NCBI RefSeq assembly: GCF_039654945.1
Contig: NW_027361767.1
Span: 2,976,001-3,040,000, forward strand
DNA: 64,000 nucleotides
DNA from: Dendrobates tinctorius
Lineage: Eukaryota
Reading direction: 5' to 3'
Shown: one piece after another, positions 1 through 13,429 of the stretch
Numbering within the stretch: the stretch's first letter is position 1
Layout: every line of letters begins with the position of its first letter
Notes under the pieces: generated by a model
Seen by the model: the letters and a program-made list of their open reading frames with translations, nothing else
Database searches by the model: none
What the model was told of the DNA's origin: nothing
Program-made: the position numbers and the translations under genes

Positions 1-24
1 TAAGAAGCCTGCTGAAAACTCTTC
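1..24 (-). CDS. RGL3: RGL3 coding exon, cut by window edge (EEFSAGFL...)
   Basis: Pyrimidine-rich acceptor tttcctgttctttcAG then an open phase-0 frame, matching the phase-0 donor of the 5955-6053 exon. Only 8 codons visible. Confidence 0.55.
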
Positions 25-800
25 CTGAAAGAACAGGAAATACGAGTCTAAAAAAACACCCAAATGGTCAGAGTGAAAAACTGCAGGATTACAAAAAAAA
101 CATTGCCACATTTAAGCAATAGGTAATTTTCTGATTATACACTCCCTTTAAGGGGGCTGTACAGGAATAAGTAATAGCACCACACCTGTCCATGCATAGT
201 TTTTGGTGCTGTGATTCATTAATGTTAATGAAGCTGCCATACCACCTACATAGTATGGAGAAGTGAGGAAATTTGGAGGAAGAATTTAGCTATGTTTTAT
301 AACCCTAAAATGCCTTTATGTTAAAGAGAACCTTTCAGTGGATTTTTTTTTTTTTTATTTATCCTCAGTACCTCCTCCAGTTGCTGCTGCTCCACTGACT
401 TTGGAACAGTTTTTCTTTTCTTTCTGTGCCCCTCCATTACAAAGATATGCCCCCAATAATAAAAAAGAGAATTTTTCCGTCAACTGACTGGGCGTGTACT
501 ACAGAATATCTGGCCAATCAAAACACAGCCCTGCCCACAGAGAAGTTGTATGGTATACGCCCAGTTTGTTGAAGGGAAAATTTGCTTCTTTATTACCAGA
601 GGCATACATTTGGAATGGAGGGGCACAGAAGGAAATCAAAAATTGTTCCAAAATCAGTGGAGCTGCACCAATTGGAGGAGGCACACAATTTACATTTAGA
701 AAATCTAGTAAAATGTCCCCTTTACTCACTTGCATAGGCAGCTTTATTCCTTGCACTCTTTCAGCCCATTACTGATGTGATGTTTATCCTTCTCCACATT

Positions 801-2327
801 CAGCAGGTACAGAAAGTATTCAGACGCCTTTAAATTTTTCACTCTTTGATTCATTGCAGCCATTTGGTAAATTCAAAAAAGTTCATTTTTTTCTCATTAA
901 TGTACTCTCTGCTCCCCATCTTGACTGAAAAAAAAACAGAGATGTAGAAATTTTTTCAAATTTATATTAAAAAATAAAAACTGAAATCTCACATGGTCAT
1001 AAGTATTCAGACCCTTTGCTCAGTATTGAGTAGAAGCACCTTTTGAGCTAGTACAGCCATGAGTCTTCTTGGGAATGATGTAACAAGTTTTTCACACCAG
1101 GATTTGGGGATCCTCTGCCGTTCTTCCTTGCAGATCCTCTCCAGTTCTGTCAGGTTCGATGATGAACGTTGGTTGACATCCATTTTCAGGTCTCTCCAGA
1201 GATTCTCAATTGGGTTTAGGTCAGGGCTCTGGCTGGGCCAGTCAAGAATGGTCACAGAGTTGTTCTGAAGTCACTCCTTTGTTATTTTAGCTGTGTGCTT
1301 AGGGTCATTGTCTTGTTGGAAGGTGAACCTTCGGCCAAGTCTGAGGTCCAGAGCACTCTGGAAGAGGTTTTCATCCAGGATATCTCTGTACTTGGCCGCG
1401 TTCATGTTTCCTTCAATTGCATGATGCTGCCACCACCATGTTTCACTGTTGGGATTGTATTGAGCAGGTGATGAGCAGTGCCTGGTTTTCTCCACACATA
1501 CCGCTTAGAATTATTACCAAAAAGTTCTATCTTCATCTCATCAGACCAGAGAATCTTATTTCTCATAGTCTGGGAGTCCTTCATGCGTTTTTTAGCAATC
1601 TCTATGCGGGCTTTCATATGTCTGGCACTGAGGAGAGGCTTCTGTTGGGCCACTCTGCCATAAAGGCCTGACTGGTGGAGGGCTGCAGTGATAGGTGACT
1701 TTATGGAACTTTCTCCCATCTCCCTACTGCATCTGTGGAGCTCAGCCACAGTGATCTTGGGGTTCTTCTTTACCTCTCTCACCAAGGCTCTTCTCCCATG
1801 ATTGCTCAGTTTGGCTGGATGGCCAGGTCTAGGAAGACTTCTGGTGGTCCCAAACTCCTTCCATTTAAGGATTATGGAGGCCACTGTGCTCTTAGGAACC
1901 TTGAGTAGTGCAGAAATACTTTTGTAACCTTGGCCAGATCTGTGCCTTGCCACAATTCTGTCTCTGAGCTCCTTGGCCAGTTCCTTTGACCTCATGATTC
2001 TCATTTGGTCTGACATGCACTGTGAGCTGCGAGGTCTTATATAGACAGGTGTGCGCCTTTACAAATCAAGTCCTATCAGTTTAATTAAACACAGCTGGAC
2101 TCCAATGAAGGAGTAGAACCATCTCAAGGAGGATCACAAGGAAATGGACAGCATGTGACTTAAACATGAGTGTCTGAGCAAAGGGTCTGAATACTTATGA
2201 CCATGTGATATTTCAGTTGTTGTTTTTTTTATAAATTTGCAAAAATTTCTACATTTCTGTTTTTTTTCAGTCAAGATGGGGTGCAGAGTGTACATTAATG
2301 GGGTCTGAATACTTTTAGTACCCACTG
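801..2327 (-). mobile_element. Defective Tc1/mariner DNA transposon, IR/DR type
   Basis: TIRs CAG(c/t)(a/g)GGTAC..AAAGTATTCAGAC, with inner direct repeats near 995-1020 and 2177-2205, and TA after 2327. Transposase is split over ORFs 1402-2016 (HTH, ILWSDE), 1271-1495 (FQQDNDPKH) and 1007-1255 (WPSQSPDLNPIENLW). Confidence 0.93.
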
Positions 2328-3435
2328 TATAATAAACTGTTGTGCATGTAACGTTAAGCCGGTGAGATGTCTCACTACTTCTGACAGCAAGTAGTCCCTT
2401 AGACACCAATAGAGAGAATCTGCAGCTTCATCTCCCTCCTCTCTCTCAATATTTTACAGTATTACTTAATACTTTTCCCATTTATTCATAAAAACTACCG
2501 ATTTTAGTAAAAATAGTGACAGGTATGCTTCAAGAAAGTGAAAGCAGGTGTCGTGTGTTGGAACAGTATGGAAGAATTAAGGCTGGAGGTAGGAGGAACC
2601 TCAGAGACGGTGGATGGGAAAATGGATAACAGTCAGGAAAGACCAGTAAAAGCAGAATAAAGGAGTCCTGAGGAAGGGGTGTCAGTCTTCCTACTTGTAT
2701 GTCATTGACACTTGGTCAAGGCAGGATGTAAACTATTCACATACAGTACAATTCCTTTAATCTGGCATTCAGTAATCCAGAAAGTGTGATTCTTCATTTT
2801 CTACAGAATATATGGGAATGCTATTAAGCCCTACTAATGATATTTTACTTTATGGGTGCATGTAAGTTTAATTTTGGGTGCAGAGCTCTATATAACTAGC
2901 CGAATATTACCGGTAATAGTCATCAGATACAATGCCTGGGTCACGTATGACTGGCCCAAATCTGGCACATTTGGCTTCTATGTCAGGCCAAACAGCAGGA
3001 TGTCCAGCAGATGCCATGTGATACCGGATATTGAGATAATAATCACAGGCGCGGAGGACAGATGACAGGATTATAAAGGGGCAGAGGGCGCCATCACACC
3101 TGCGGGGCTTACATCATACTACATCCTATTTGCGTTGTGTAGATTTATAGGGGAAACAGTCAGCAGGATAAACATAAGTCAGAAAGTGGACAGGCAGGGT
3201 ATATATAAGGCAATGTAAGAAAAATGGATACAGACTGGTTACTTATGAAATATAAAGGGGTACAGGCCGGACATTTATTATAAAGGGGTACAGGATGGGT
3301 TTCACAAAATATTTAGGGCACGGACAGGACATGATATTATAATAAAGGGGTGCAGGATGGGTATACCAAAAATATAAAGGGGCACAGAAAAGTCATGATA
3401 TTATGAAGGGGTACAGGATGGCTATACAAGAAATA

Positions 3436-5340
3436 TCTTACGCAAGCAGGTGACGCACGTGGTTTGTGGACCCACTGTGCTACAGGGCCGAGCTACCTAA
3501 GAGGGGCATAGCTAAGGGGTTACCTGGCATTCACTGGAGCTCCTGATGGCGCAGTTAGGCTTCAGCTGCAGGTGGCTGCCTGATACCAGGTAGTCCCTGG
3601 TACCGCAGCTGCTGACCCCAGGGATCAGGTATGCAGACACAGACTGGACTCTGTTCTGTTCAGACTACTCCACGGGCAGGACGGAATACTGATACGGAAT
3701 CACAGACAGAGCTGTATTCGGAGACTGCTATAACAGTCCGGATACATGAAGTACAGGTTCACACACGCGGGTCTCGGGAACTGATTTAGGCACTGGCCAC
3801 ACATGGGTCTCGAGAACTGATTCAGGCACTGGCTGCACAAGGACCAGGGGAGCAGGCTCAGGCACTAACCACACATGGACCAGGGGAGCAGGCTCAGGCC
3901 CTACCCACACATGGACCAGGGGAGCAGGTTGAGTAATGGACCACACAAGGATCAGGGGAGCAGGTTCAGTCACGGGCCACATAAAGATCAGGGGAGCAGG
4001 TTCAGGCACGGGCCACACAAGGATCAGGGGAGCAGGTTCAGGCACGGGCCACACAAGGATCAGGGGAGCAGGTTGAGGCACGAGCCACATAAGGATCAGG
4101 GGAGCAGGTTCAGTCACGGGCCACATAAGGATCAGGGGAGCAGGTTCAGTCACGGGCCGCACAAGGATCAGGGGAGGAGGTTCAGTCACGGGCCGCACAA
4201 GGATCAGGGGAGGAGGTTCAGTCACGGGCCACACAAGGATCAGGGGAGGAGGTTCAGTCACAGGCCACACAAGGATCAGGGGAGCAGGTTCAGTCACGGG
4301 CCGCACAAGGATCAGGGGAGGAGGTTCAGTCACGGGCCGCACAAGGATCAGGGGAGGAGGTTCAGTCACGGGCCGCACAAGGATCAGGGGAGGAGGTTCA
4401 GTCACGGGCCACACAAGGATCAGGGGAGGAGGTTCAGTCACGGGCCACACAAGGATCAGGGGAGCAGGTTCGGTTACGGGCAACACAAGGATCAGGGGAG
4501 CAGGTTCAGTCACGGGCTGCACAAGGATCAGGGGTTCGAGTTCAGGACCTGACTGTGATGCTAGTCACTTCTCACGGCCAAGCCGTGCGTCAGAGTGGCC
4601 AAGGAGTCCAAGGTCAGAAGCTAGGAGGGTAAGTCATAAACAGAAGGAAGAGGCAAAAGCGTAGTCAGGTAACGTTCCGGGGTCAGAGTACCGGGAGGAT
4701 AACGGATCAGAGCTGAAGGGGTTATACAGGTGGATGGTCTGAACAAAGTCGAAGGTCACACACGGTTCTCAAGAACCGATTCAGGCACTGGCCGCACATG
4801 GACCAGGGGAGCAGGCTCAGGCACTAACCACATATGGATCAGGGGAGCAGGTTCAGGCACTGGCCGCACAAGGACCAGGGGAGCAGTCTCAGGCCCTAAT
4901 CACACATGGACCAGGGGAGCAGGTTCAGGAACTGCCAGCACAAGGACCAGGGGAGCAGTCTCAGGCACTAACCACACAAGGATCAGGGGAACAGGTTCGG
5001 GCACGGGCCGCACAAGGATCAGGGGAATAGGTTCGGGCACGGGCCACACAAGGATCAGGGGTTCGAGTTCAGGACCTGGCCGCACAAGGATCATGAGAGC
5101 AGGTTCAGTCACGGGCCGCACAAGGATCAGGGGATCGAGTTCAGGCACTGCCAGCACAAGGACCAGGGTTCAGGTACTAAATTCAGGATACTAGGATATG
5201 GGACGACCTGGCAACATACAGTTGCACACACTATCAAGTACTAGGAAACTATAGGGGATGCCTCCCTAAAGGGGACAGTGCCTTTTATACTCAGATGCCT
5301 CCCAGGGGAACTATGAAGGGGCACCGGAATTAGCGTTACA
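3436..5340 (-). mobile_element. Solo LTR (Gypsy-type) with internal 39 bp minisatellite
   Basis: Termini T(C)TTACG...CGTTACA flanked by 5 bp TSD AAATA (3431-3435, 5341-5345). The first ~200 bp resemble the LTR at 38522-38925. Confidence 0.75.
3790..5190. repeat. 39 bp minisatellite in two blocks (~3790-4550, ~4770-5190)
   Basis: Unit caggttcagtcacgggccacacaaggatcaggggag-type. It explains the 13-aa-periodic ORFs 3728-4522, 3875-4552 and 4730-5194. Confidence 0.95.
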
Positions 5341-5954
5341 AAATATAAAGGGGCATGGACAAGTCATGACTTTACAAAGGGGTGCAGGATGGGTATACAA
5401 GAAATACAGAGGGCATGGACAGGACATGATATTATTATAAAAGGGGACCGGATGGCTATACAAGTAATATAAAGGGGCATGGACAAGTCATGATATTATA
5501 AAAGGGTACAGGATGGGTATTCATCAAATATACAGGGGCACGGAAAGATCATGGTATTATTATAACATGAAGTGTTGTTCACAAGATACACATGAAATAA
5601 AGTGGGTTACTGGTATATATCCACAGGATAGGTAATAAATGTGTGATCACTCGGGGTCCAACCTCTGGGAACATCACTGATTATGAGTGTATGGAGCAGT
5701 ACTGAGCATGTGCGACCGCTACTCCCTTCACTTTCTATAGTTGTTGTTGCACATGGTCACTACCGCCCCAGTCACAGTAGAGACTTTATGCCCGGGAAGG
5801 ATGGTGGTCTCAGCAGCAGGACACCCATCGATCATACATGTATCTGTCATCTATCCTGTGGATACGTGATGTATATTTTTTATGGTACAGGATAAACAAT
5901 AGAGTTTTCATATTGAGAGTCAGATCCGGCACACGCTCCCCCCCTATTTATTAC

Positions 5955-6053
5955 CAGGAGGTCTCCGCAGGGTCTCTCCGTCCTGACTCTTCTCAGGGTC
6001 ACTCCGTAAATCGCTCCATCTTCCACCTCTTCCCCCCATTCCTGCAGAGGATT
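5955..6053 (-). CDS. RGL3: RGL3 (RalGDS-like 3) coding exon NPLQEWGEEVEDGAIYGVTLRRVRTERPCGDLL
   Basis: 99 bp, ttctctcttctcAG / GTaata, phase 0-0. Carries the RGL-family motif Q(D/E)WGEExEDGA(V/I)YxVTL. Paralogue assigned from RGL3-ODAD3-PRKCSH synteny and strand. Confidence 0.88.
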
Positions 6054-6469
6054 CTGAGAAGAGAGAACAAGTTCAGGGTGAATATCCTCCCCGAGGCCCT
6101 TGTATCCATGATAGGTGTCCTCCCTGCTCCGGTTTTTGTAAAAGTCTCACTTGGTGATGAAGCGGTTAATTCTCATCCTTCCAAATCTAAAGTCACTTGT
6201 CTGGTTTGGTCAGGTCCCCCACCACTACTCCTCCGCCTTCTCCTCTATGTCTCTGCTGCCCTATTAACTCACCAGGCCCAGATCCGTAAACCAAATTATA
6301 CATTAGGGAAGATCGTGTATTTCTGGGCTCAACGAAGAAGTCCCAGCCTGTCCCACCCTTCACGCCCCAAATTCAACCTCTTCACTAGTCTGGTGTCCAT
6401 CGTACATGCCGCATACAAGTCTATAGGCCTTACAGTGCTCCTCCTTACCATGGAGGTTGTGAGGAGTCA

Positions 6470-7260
6470 TGGGGCTCTCTGGACCTCCATATCAGTGATC
6501 AAACATGGCAGTCGGGGGTCTGATGAAGGCCCTTATCACTGCCATCTTGGTAGTCCTGTGAAGCTCTGCCATAGACTGAGCTACAAAGGAGACAGTGATT
6601 TACGCTACATACTTTAGGGGACTAAAAAAAGTAATAGTGAAGAATAAAAAATGTTTATAAAAAACTATAGAAACCACTTTCCTTCTCCCCCATTAAAAAT
6701 AAAAACATTTAAAAAAAATAAACATAGTCAAGTGTCGCGGCATCCATAAAATTCCAATATATCAAAATATAAAATGAATTAACCTGTACGGTAAAGATCA
6801 TAAAGAGAGAAAAAAAATAAAAACACCAGAAATGTGATTAAAAAAACCCATAAATATAATATAAAACATAATAAAATACAATAAAAGAAGATAAAAATAT
6901 CGTATATAGCCAAAAATCAATAAACCCCCCAAAACTAGTTTTCACCCAGCTTAATCAATAGAAAAAACAAAAATGTTACGGGTCTTGGAAAATGGCAACA
7001 TCCACCCCATCCCAATTTTTTCTTACAAATGTAAGTTTTTTTCCCAAGTTATATAAAATAAAACTTAACAAAATATATGATAATAAGTGATCAAAATATC
7101 GTATCTACTCCAAAATGAAATCAATAGTACTGCAAAATACAAGCCCTCGCACAGCTCCATCAACCGAAAAATGAAAAAAGTTACGGGTCTCAGAAATTGG
7201 CAACAAAAAAAAAGTTTTGGAGGAAAAAGTGAAGCACAAAAAAGGTTTTTAAGGGGTTAA
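6470..7260. mobile_element. Right part of a TTAA-type (piggyBac-like) non-autonomous element
   Basis: A-rich internal repeats ending in TAAGGGGTTAA. Left end not found. Confidence 0.5.
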
Positions 7261-8017
7261 GTAGACTCGTCCTTTATTAGTAATGTAATAATGGTTCATT
7301 ATTCGGGGGAAGGGGGGGTCTCCTATCAGGAACCTTATTTTTCTATCACCCAGAGAGACCAGGCACATCTTGATTTAATGTGTATCATTGTAATTCCCCA
7401 TCTCGCCTGCGGAAGCGCTGCAGGGAATCTGAGCACTTACTGCCAGCTTCCCTCACAGCTGATCCGTTGAGAATGTCTTCAGCAAGACAATATGCGATCA
7501 TGGTTTTATTGAGGAACCTTTCTAGCAAAAAGAGACTTTTGTAAACTGAAAATTCCTCTGAGCATGAAGCACCATGTGCCTCGTGTCTCGGGACTTTTTC
7601 CTGTGTCCAAATTGATGAAACTTCATGAAAGCAGCATATCGGTCATGGATTAGGTTCTGACTAAAAATAGTAATCACTGTGGCTGGCTGATCAGATCCAG
7701 ACCATCAAATATCTGATATTGGTGGTCTACCCTAAGGATAGGACAGCAATACTAAAGAACTAAAATACCCCCTATAAAGCAGATTTACAAGATTAACCCT
7801 TTAGGTGCATCATGTCTCTGCCCCTATGTACAATGCACTTATCTTATGACAAGTGCACTTTGAGGAACATCTGCCTTTCCTTAAAAATTTCCTCACGCAA
7901 AGGGCTTGGACCCTGGATCCAGGAATCTTCTTCTACTTCATCAGTGATCCTGGTAAAGGGTTGGACCTCAAGGGATTGACCATTAAGAGGTTACACCACC
8001 ATTCTTTCCTCCAGGGG

Positions 8018-8199
8018 CAGTGGTTCCCAAACTCCAGTCCTCACAGACCCCAACAGGTCATGTTTTCAGGATTTCCATAGTGTTACTCGTGAGAGAACTC
8101 CTCATGCTTGATGATACTTCTGTCACCTGTGAAATACTAAGGAAATCCTGAAAACATGACCTGTTGGTGTCCGTGAGGACTGGAGTTTGGGAAACACTG
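8018..8199. mobile_element. MITE with long TIRs (hAT-like CAG termini)
   Basis: cagtggttcccaaactccagtcctca...catgttttcaggatttcc is mirrored by ggaaatcctgaaaacatg...tgaggactggagtttgggaaacactg. No clean TSD. Confidence 0.8.
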
Positions 8200-9714
8200 T
8201 TCTAAGCTATCTCTGAGGGCCACTGACTATTCATACACAATGCCCAAGTGATCAAACGTACCATAGTGATCTCTTTGCCCATGGCACGGGAGGGCTTCGT
8301 CTCGCGGGGTTCCTCTTCGTCCGACATTTGGGACCTCAATGTCTACTTTCAGACACCATGTCACAACGAAAGGATCAACGTATAGGAGGAATATAGGACC
8401 ACCTGCCCCGGTGAAGCCATACTGATAGCTCAGGAAAGAGATGGGGGCAGAAGGGTGAAGTTAAAAGCGAGACCACTATAATTGTATTACAGATGGGAAT
8501 TTTTGGCAAATCCCACACAACGTTATATTCATTCGTAGACTCCTCTTGAGATGCCACCACCCATAAATCTGGATCACTCCAAGATGAAGATACCTATCCT
8601 TCGGATATCCATATCTCCAAGCTGTCTATATCCTACGACTTCTGACAATAAGTGGTTCCTCCATGAGTCACTTGCTTACTATCTTCTCTTTCTCGCTGAC
8701 TGTTCCTTGACTTGTTTGTTCTTTCTTGTTTCTTCTAACTTCTCCTCCGTCATCCACATAGCACCAACCTTGGCAATGTCTCCGGAAGAAACTTTTCTCC
8801 AGGACTTTTCTCCCTGCCCACCGTCCTTGGCTTCCCCTGTCTTCTTCCTACTCTGTGGTCAGCCTTATGTGTTGTGGAAAGTTTCTTTCTTTTGAAATCC
8901 TCAGACTGATATCATCAAGGGATTAAATCCCTGCCCTCCAGAGAAAGAGAGAAGGGAGGAGAGTGGGGAGGAGAGACCTGGGAAGTTGGGAGGAGGGGAG
9001 AACATAGGGGTAGGAGATAAGAGGCAGAGGAGGAAAAGAGAGATCAGAGACAATGCTCAGGGATCCTGAGAGTGGAGCAAGATTTGGGCAGGAGGAGGAC
9101 ATAGGCAGGAGGGTATAGGAGGAGGACACAGGAGACCTGTGCAAGAGGGAGAAAAGGAGGATGGTGCTGCTCCAATATCTCAAGTTCACTACAAGGTTAC
9201 AGATGTCTTGAGAAATGGTTAACTCAGTAGGCTAAGGAGACTTAGTGGGGGAGGGGGAATGAAGACATAATACCCTATTGTGTGAGCATATTATCTATTA
9301 CGCCTGCGTCCAATAGTTTAAAAAGTCTGCATATCATGGAGACTAATATAAAAACATTCACTTATCTATATGGCGTACAAATGCCTTTAATCCAGGAGGT
9401 CTGCAGCATTCATCTGAGGGTGTAGAAATTTTAATGCAGCGAAACTCCTTTAATGCGGCATCCAACAGTCCAGAAGGTCTGCACATTATATTCCACATAT
9501 ATATACGGTAACAGAAGAAATAAATTCCTTTATTCTGGTATCTAATAGTCCAGAAACTCCGGGTCTTATATCTGAGAGTACAGAAGTTACAAATACTGTA
9601 TGGATATACAGCTAGATAGAAGTTTAGTAACATTTCTTTTATTCCGGTATCCGATAGTCCAGAAGTCTTCGTATTAAATGTGTGTAATGTAAAATTCTGG
9701 GGCATTTGTGAGGT

Positions 9715-10620
9715 CAGACCTTGATGTTAGGGGAGGCCGGGCTCACAGTCTCTGGTGTAGTCCTTAGATGGGGCTGGGGTCTGTGCGGACAGACATGTCC
9801 CCCCCATATCTGTATGGACCTTGTGCACTGGGCACAGTCATGGGGGGTCTTCCCCAAACTGTTCCTACAAAGATGGAGGCTACAACTGTCCATAATGTCT
9901 TGTGCTGAAGCATTAAGATTTCCCATCAGTGGAGCTAAGAGTCCGACCCCTAGTAACAGCCCAGAGCGTTACCCTCCTCCACCATCTGTATAGCGGCACA
10001 GTCACGGGGTAACGTCCTCCTGGAATCACCAAATCCAGACTCCTCCATCAGATGGCACATAGAGAAGTGTGATCCGTCACTGCACAGCACACGTCTCCTC
10101 CAGAGTTCAGTGGTGGCGGCTTTACATCCCTGCATCCAACGCTCAGCATTGTGCTTGGTGATGTATGGCTGCATGTAGCTGCTCGGCCATGAAGCTCCCG
10201 GCGGGGGTGTAGGGTTTGTGCTGATGTTATATCAGAGGAGGTCTGGACTCTGCAGTTATGGGGTCAGCAGAGCGTTGGTGACTTTTGTGCCCTCTGCTCC
10301 TCAGCACTCGGCCCCCACTCTGTAACATTACGGGGTCTCCACTTTGTGGCTGAGTTGCTGCGGTTCCTTCCACCTCTCTATAATATCACTCACAGGTGAT
10401 AGGGGAAGAGTCAGGAGGAAGAAATGTCATGGATGGACTCGTTACCCCAGTGGACCCTATTACAGGACCGGACCGGTATCAGTGAGCTCTGCACCACCGA
10501 CCGTTCTGTCAGGTGTTATAAAGGCAAATGGCATGGTGGGGGGGCCGGAGGGTATACACTGGATGTGAGGGGTCAGATGATATACACTGTGGCTGAGGGG
10601 CCGGATGCTTTCCATTTGGG
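9715..10620 (-). mobile_element. Highly decayed Tc1-like transposase remnant
   Basis: ORF fragments 9950-10174 (PYITKHNA..VLCSDGSHFS) and 9714-9926 (GNLNAS..HDCA) resemble Tc1 transposase motifs. Confidence 0.7.
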
Positions 10621-10624
10621 TTGA

Positions 10625-10900
10625 GGGGTCAGATGTAGATGTTATACAACAGGGGGGGGGTGAGGATTGAGATGTTACAGTATACATGGGAGGTGAACGT
10701 CCGGATGTTATACACGGGGGCTGAGGGTCTGGTTGTTATACACAGGAGGGTGAGGAGCCAGATGTTGTACACCGGGAAGGGAATGGAGGGCGGATGTTAT
10801 ACATGGGGGAGGTGAGGATTGGGATGTTATACACTGGGGGTGAGGAGCCGGATGTTATACACCAGGGGGACGAGGGGTTGAATGTTATACACCAGGGGCA
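10625..10900. repeat. Degenerate ~29 bp tandem repeat
   Basis: About 9 recurrences of gatgttatacac..gggg.tgagg. Confidence 0.75.
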
Positions 10901-11794
10901 ATGGGACTAATTGAGAACCCTCAGATCAATCATTACAATGTGGGTCTCAATACGTTTTGTCTAAATATATGTGTATATATAAATATATTTATATACTGTA
11001 TATATACTGTATATATATTCGGTATCCAACAGTCCACAAAATGTATAAAATTATTTTAATCCAACGTCCAATAGTCCATAAATTCTGATACCCCAGCAGA
11101 GAACTGTGGACAGAATCTTCCTGTGAGGGGCGTCTCACCATGAAAACCAGTTTGGAAAAAGAACCTGGCTCAGTAATCAGTTGATTGCTGCAGATCTGGG
11201 CAATACATTACCCTGCAGCGGCCACTACAGGGCAAATGTAGCATTACATTGCGTCCATTCAAATCATTTGTTGACCATTTACATTACAAGGACAGAGTCT
11301 GGCAGAGCGAGTGCTGCACAGTCCTATAACACCATTATCACCTGTCATGTCCTTATGCCCTAATAGTTCATAAAAATGGGCTGTCGTTGTGACGACTCCT
11401 TAAGATGCTTTCACGGTGTTCCAAATCCTTCTCAGCCAATCAAAACCACCAAGATGACTAAAAGGGCGCTACACTGACCTACGTGCAATCTCTAGTTCCT
11501 TCAGTCAGAGGGTCAAGAAATTAATTAATGTATTATGTATGCACATGGACCACCACCACCAAAGACAACCTCATCTTCTCACCACACTCAAAGAGGACAT
11601 ACCACCTCGTCAAGCCTGCCAGTGACACCTGAATTCGGCCTTGTTTTGTATACACACATAACGCTCATTTTAGTTGTTGCCAAAACATAAAAATTCAAAG
11701 CAAAAACCAAAGTCACTCTGCGATCAGCAAATGTTCTGCACAGATCACAGAGGCCAGATGGGAAAGAAGAGGTTCAGGAACAACTCCAAGTTTA

Positions 11795-13385
11795 CAATAT
11801 TCTCTTATGTTTGAGTTCCATCAGACACATGATATACAAAGAAGCTGAAAATGGATCCATTAATGAAAGTCTGTGGCTCACTGTTTCTACCTCCTGTAGA
11901 CAATGTTCTAGGTTTGAGCCCCATCAATAATAATAATAATAAATTTTATTTCTATAGCGCTGACATATTCCGCAGCACTTTACATTTCAGAGGGGATTTG
12001 TACAGACAATAGACATTACAGCATAACAATAATCACATAGATCATAACAGATACCAAGAGGAATGAGGGCCCTGCTCGCAAGCTTACAATCTATGAGGAA
12101 AGAGGAGACACGGAAGGTGGGTGGTAACAGTTACCCTGATTGTATGGACCAGCCATAATGTTAAGTGTGTAACAGTACAGACACAGAGGGCTAATGGATG
12201 CATAAAGCATATGGGAACATGATGCGGGGAACCTGGTTATGGTAAAAATTTTGGCTGTGCCACACAGGGATAGATTAGGTTGATGTGTTAAGGCGGTAGG
12301 CCAGTCTGAATAAATGCGTTTTCAGGGCACGCTTAAACTTGTAGGGATTGCGGACTAATCGTATTGACCTGGGAAGTGCATTCCAAAGAATTGGCGCAGC
12401 ACGTGTATAGTCTTGGAGACGGGAGTGGGAGGTTCTGATTATTGAGGATGCTAACCTCAGGTCATCAGCAGAACGGAGGGCGCGGGTAGGGTGGTATACT
12501 GAAACAAGGGAGGAGATGTAGGGTGGTGCTGCGCCATGGAGGGCTTTGTGGGAGAGGGTAATAAGTTTATACTGAATTCTGGAGTGGATGGGTAGCCAGT
12601 GTAATGACTGGCACAAGGTAGAGGCATTGGTGTAACGATTGGCGAGGAATATGATCCTGGCTGCAGCATTCAAGACAGATTGGAGAGGGGAGAGTTTGGT
12701 AAGAGGGAGACCGATTAGAAGAGAGTTACAATAGTTGAGAGGAGAATGAATAAGAGAAACAGTCAGAGTTTTTGCGGAGTCAAAAGTAAGAAAAGGTCGA
12801 ATTCTAGAAATGTTTTTGAGGTGCAGATAACAAGAGCGAGCCAGATATAGGCCTGATACTCGAAAAAGCTGAAAATTATCTAAATTAATTAAAGTTATGG
12901 CTCATTGTTAATATTTCTGCCTCCTGTAGACAAGGTTTTATGTTTGACTCCCATCAAAGACCTGAAATACAGAGGTGAAAATGAAATTAAAGTCTTTGGC
13001 TCACTGTTAGTGTTTCTGCCTCCAGTAGGCAAGGTTTTACGTTTGAATCCCTTCAAAGACCTGATATATGAAGAAGCTAAAAATGAAATTAAAGTCTTTG
13101 GCTCACTGTTAGTGTTTCTGCCTCCTTTAGAAAAGGTTCCTCCGAGTTAAGTCCCATGAGATGCCTGATATATAGTATGAAGAAGCTGGAAATTAAATTA
13201 ATTTAAGTCTGTGGCTCATTTTTAGTATTTCTGCCTCCCGTAGATAATGTTCTACTTTTAATTCGCATCACAGACCTGATATTCACAGAAGATGGAAATT
13301 AAATTAATTAATGAAAGTATGTGGCTCACTGTTAGTGTTTCTGCCTCCTGTAGTCAAAGTTCTAGGTTTGAGTCCCATAGATACC
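11795..13385. repeat. Degenerate ~100-110 bp tandem repeat interrupted by L2
   Basis: Unit ggctcactgttagtgtttctgcctcctgtagacaaggtt...cccatc..acctgatat...aaattaaagtct near 11875, 12900, 13000, 13100, 13215 and 13325. Confidence 0.8.
11926..12850 (-). mobile_element. 5'-truncated L2-clade LINE (ORF2 C-terminus, 3'UTR, (TTA)n tail)
   Basis: ORF 12275-12673 NAAARIIF..LHWLPIHSRIQYK..LWNALP..FKRALKTHLF is the typical L2 ORF2 end. (AAT)n tract at 11926-11943. Confidence 0.9.
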
Positions 13386-13429
13386 TAAAAAAAACCTGAA
13401 TCTAGAGAACAAGTTAACAAGTGACGCAC

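Larger units (their letters stand above)
3070..5560. repeat. Degenerate ~58 bp tandem repeat, split by the solo LTR
   Basis: Recurring unit gggtacaggatgggtatacaagaaatataaaggggcatggacaggacatgatattat at ~3070-3435 and 5341-5560. Confidence 0.75.

Noticed and set aside
3728-5194. Long Pro-rich and His/Gly-rich repetitive ORFs on both strands
   Set aside because: Products of a 39-bp unit (multiple of 3) inside an LTR. No splice or homology support.
5838-6617. 259-aa plus-strand ORF
   Set aside because: Runs across a MITE end, the antisense of the RGL3 exon and repeat fragments. No recognisable domain.
7800-9200. Possible decayed LINE fragments
   Set aside because: Only vague motif resemblance, too degraded to call without a search.
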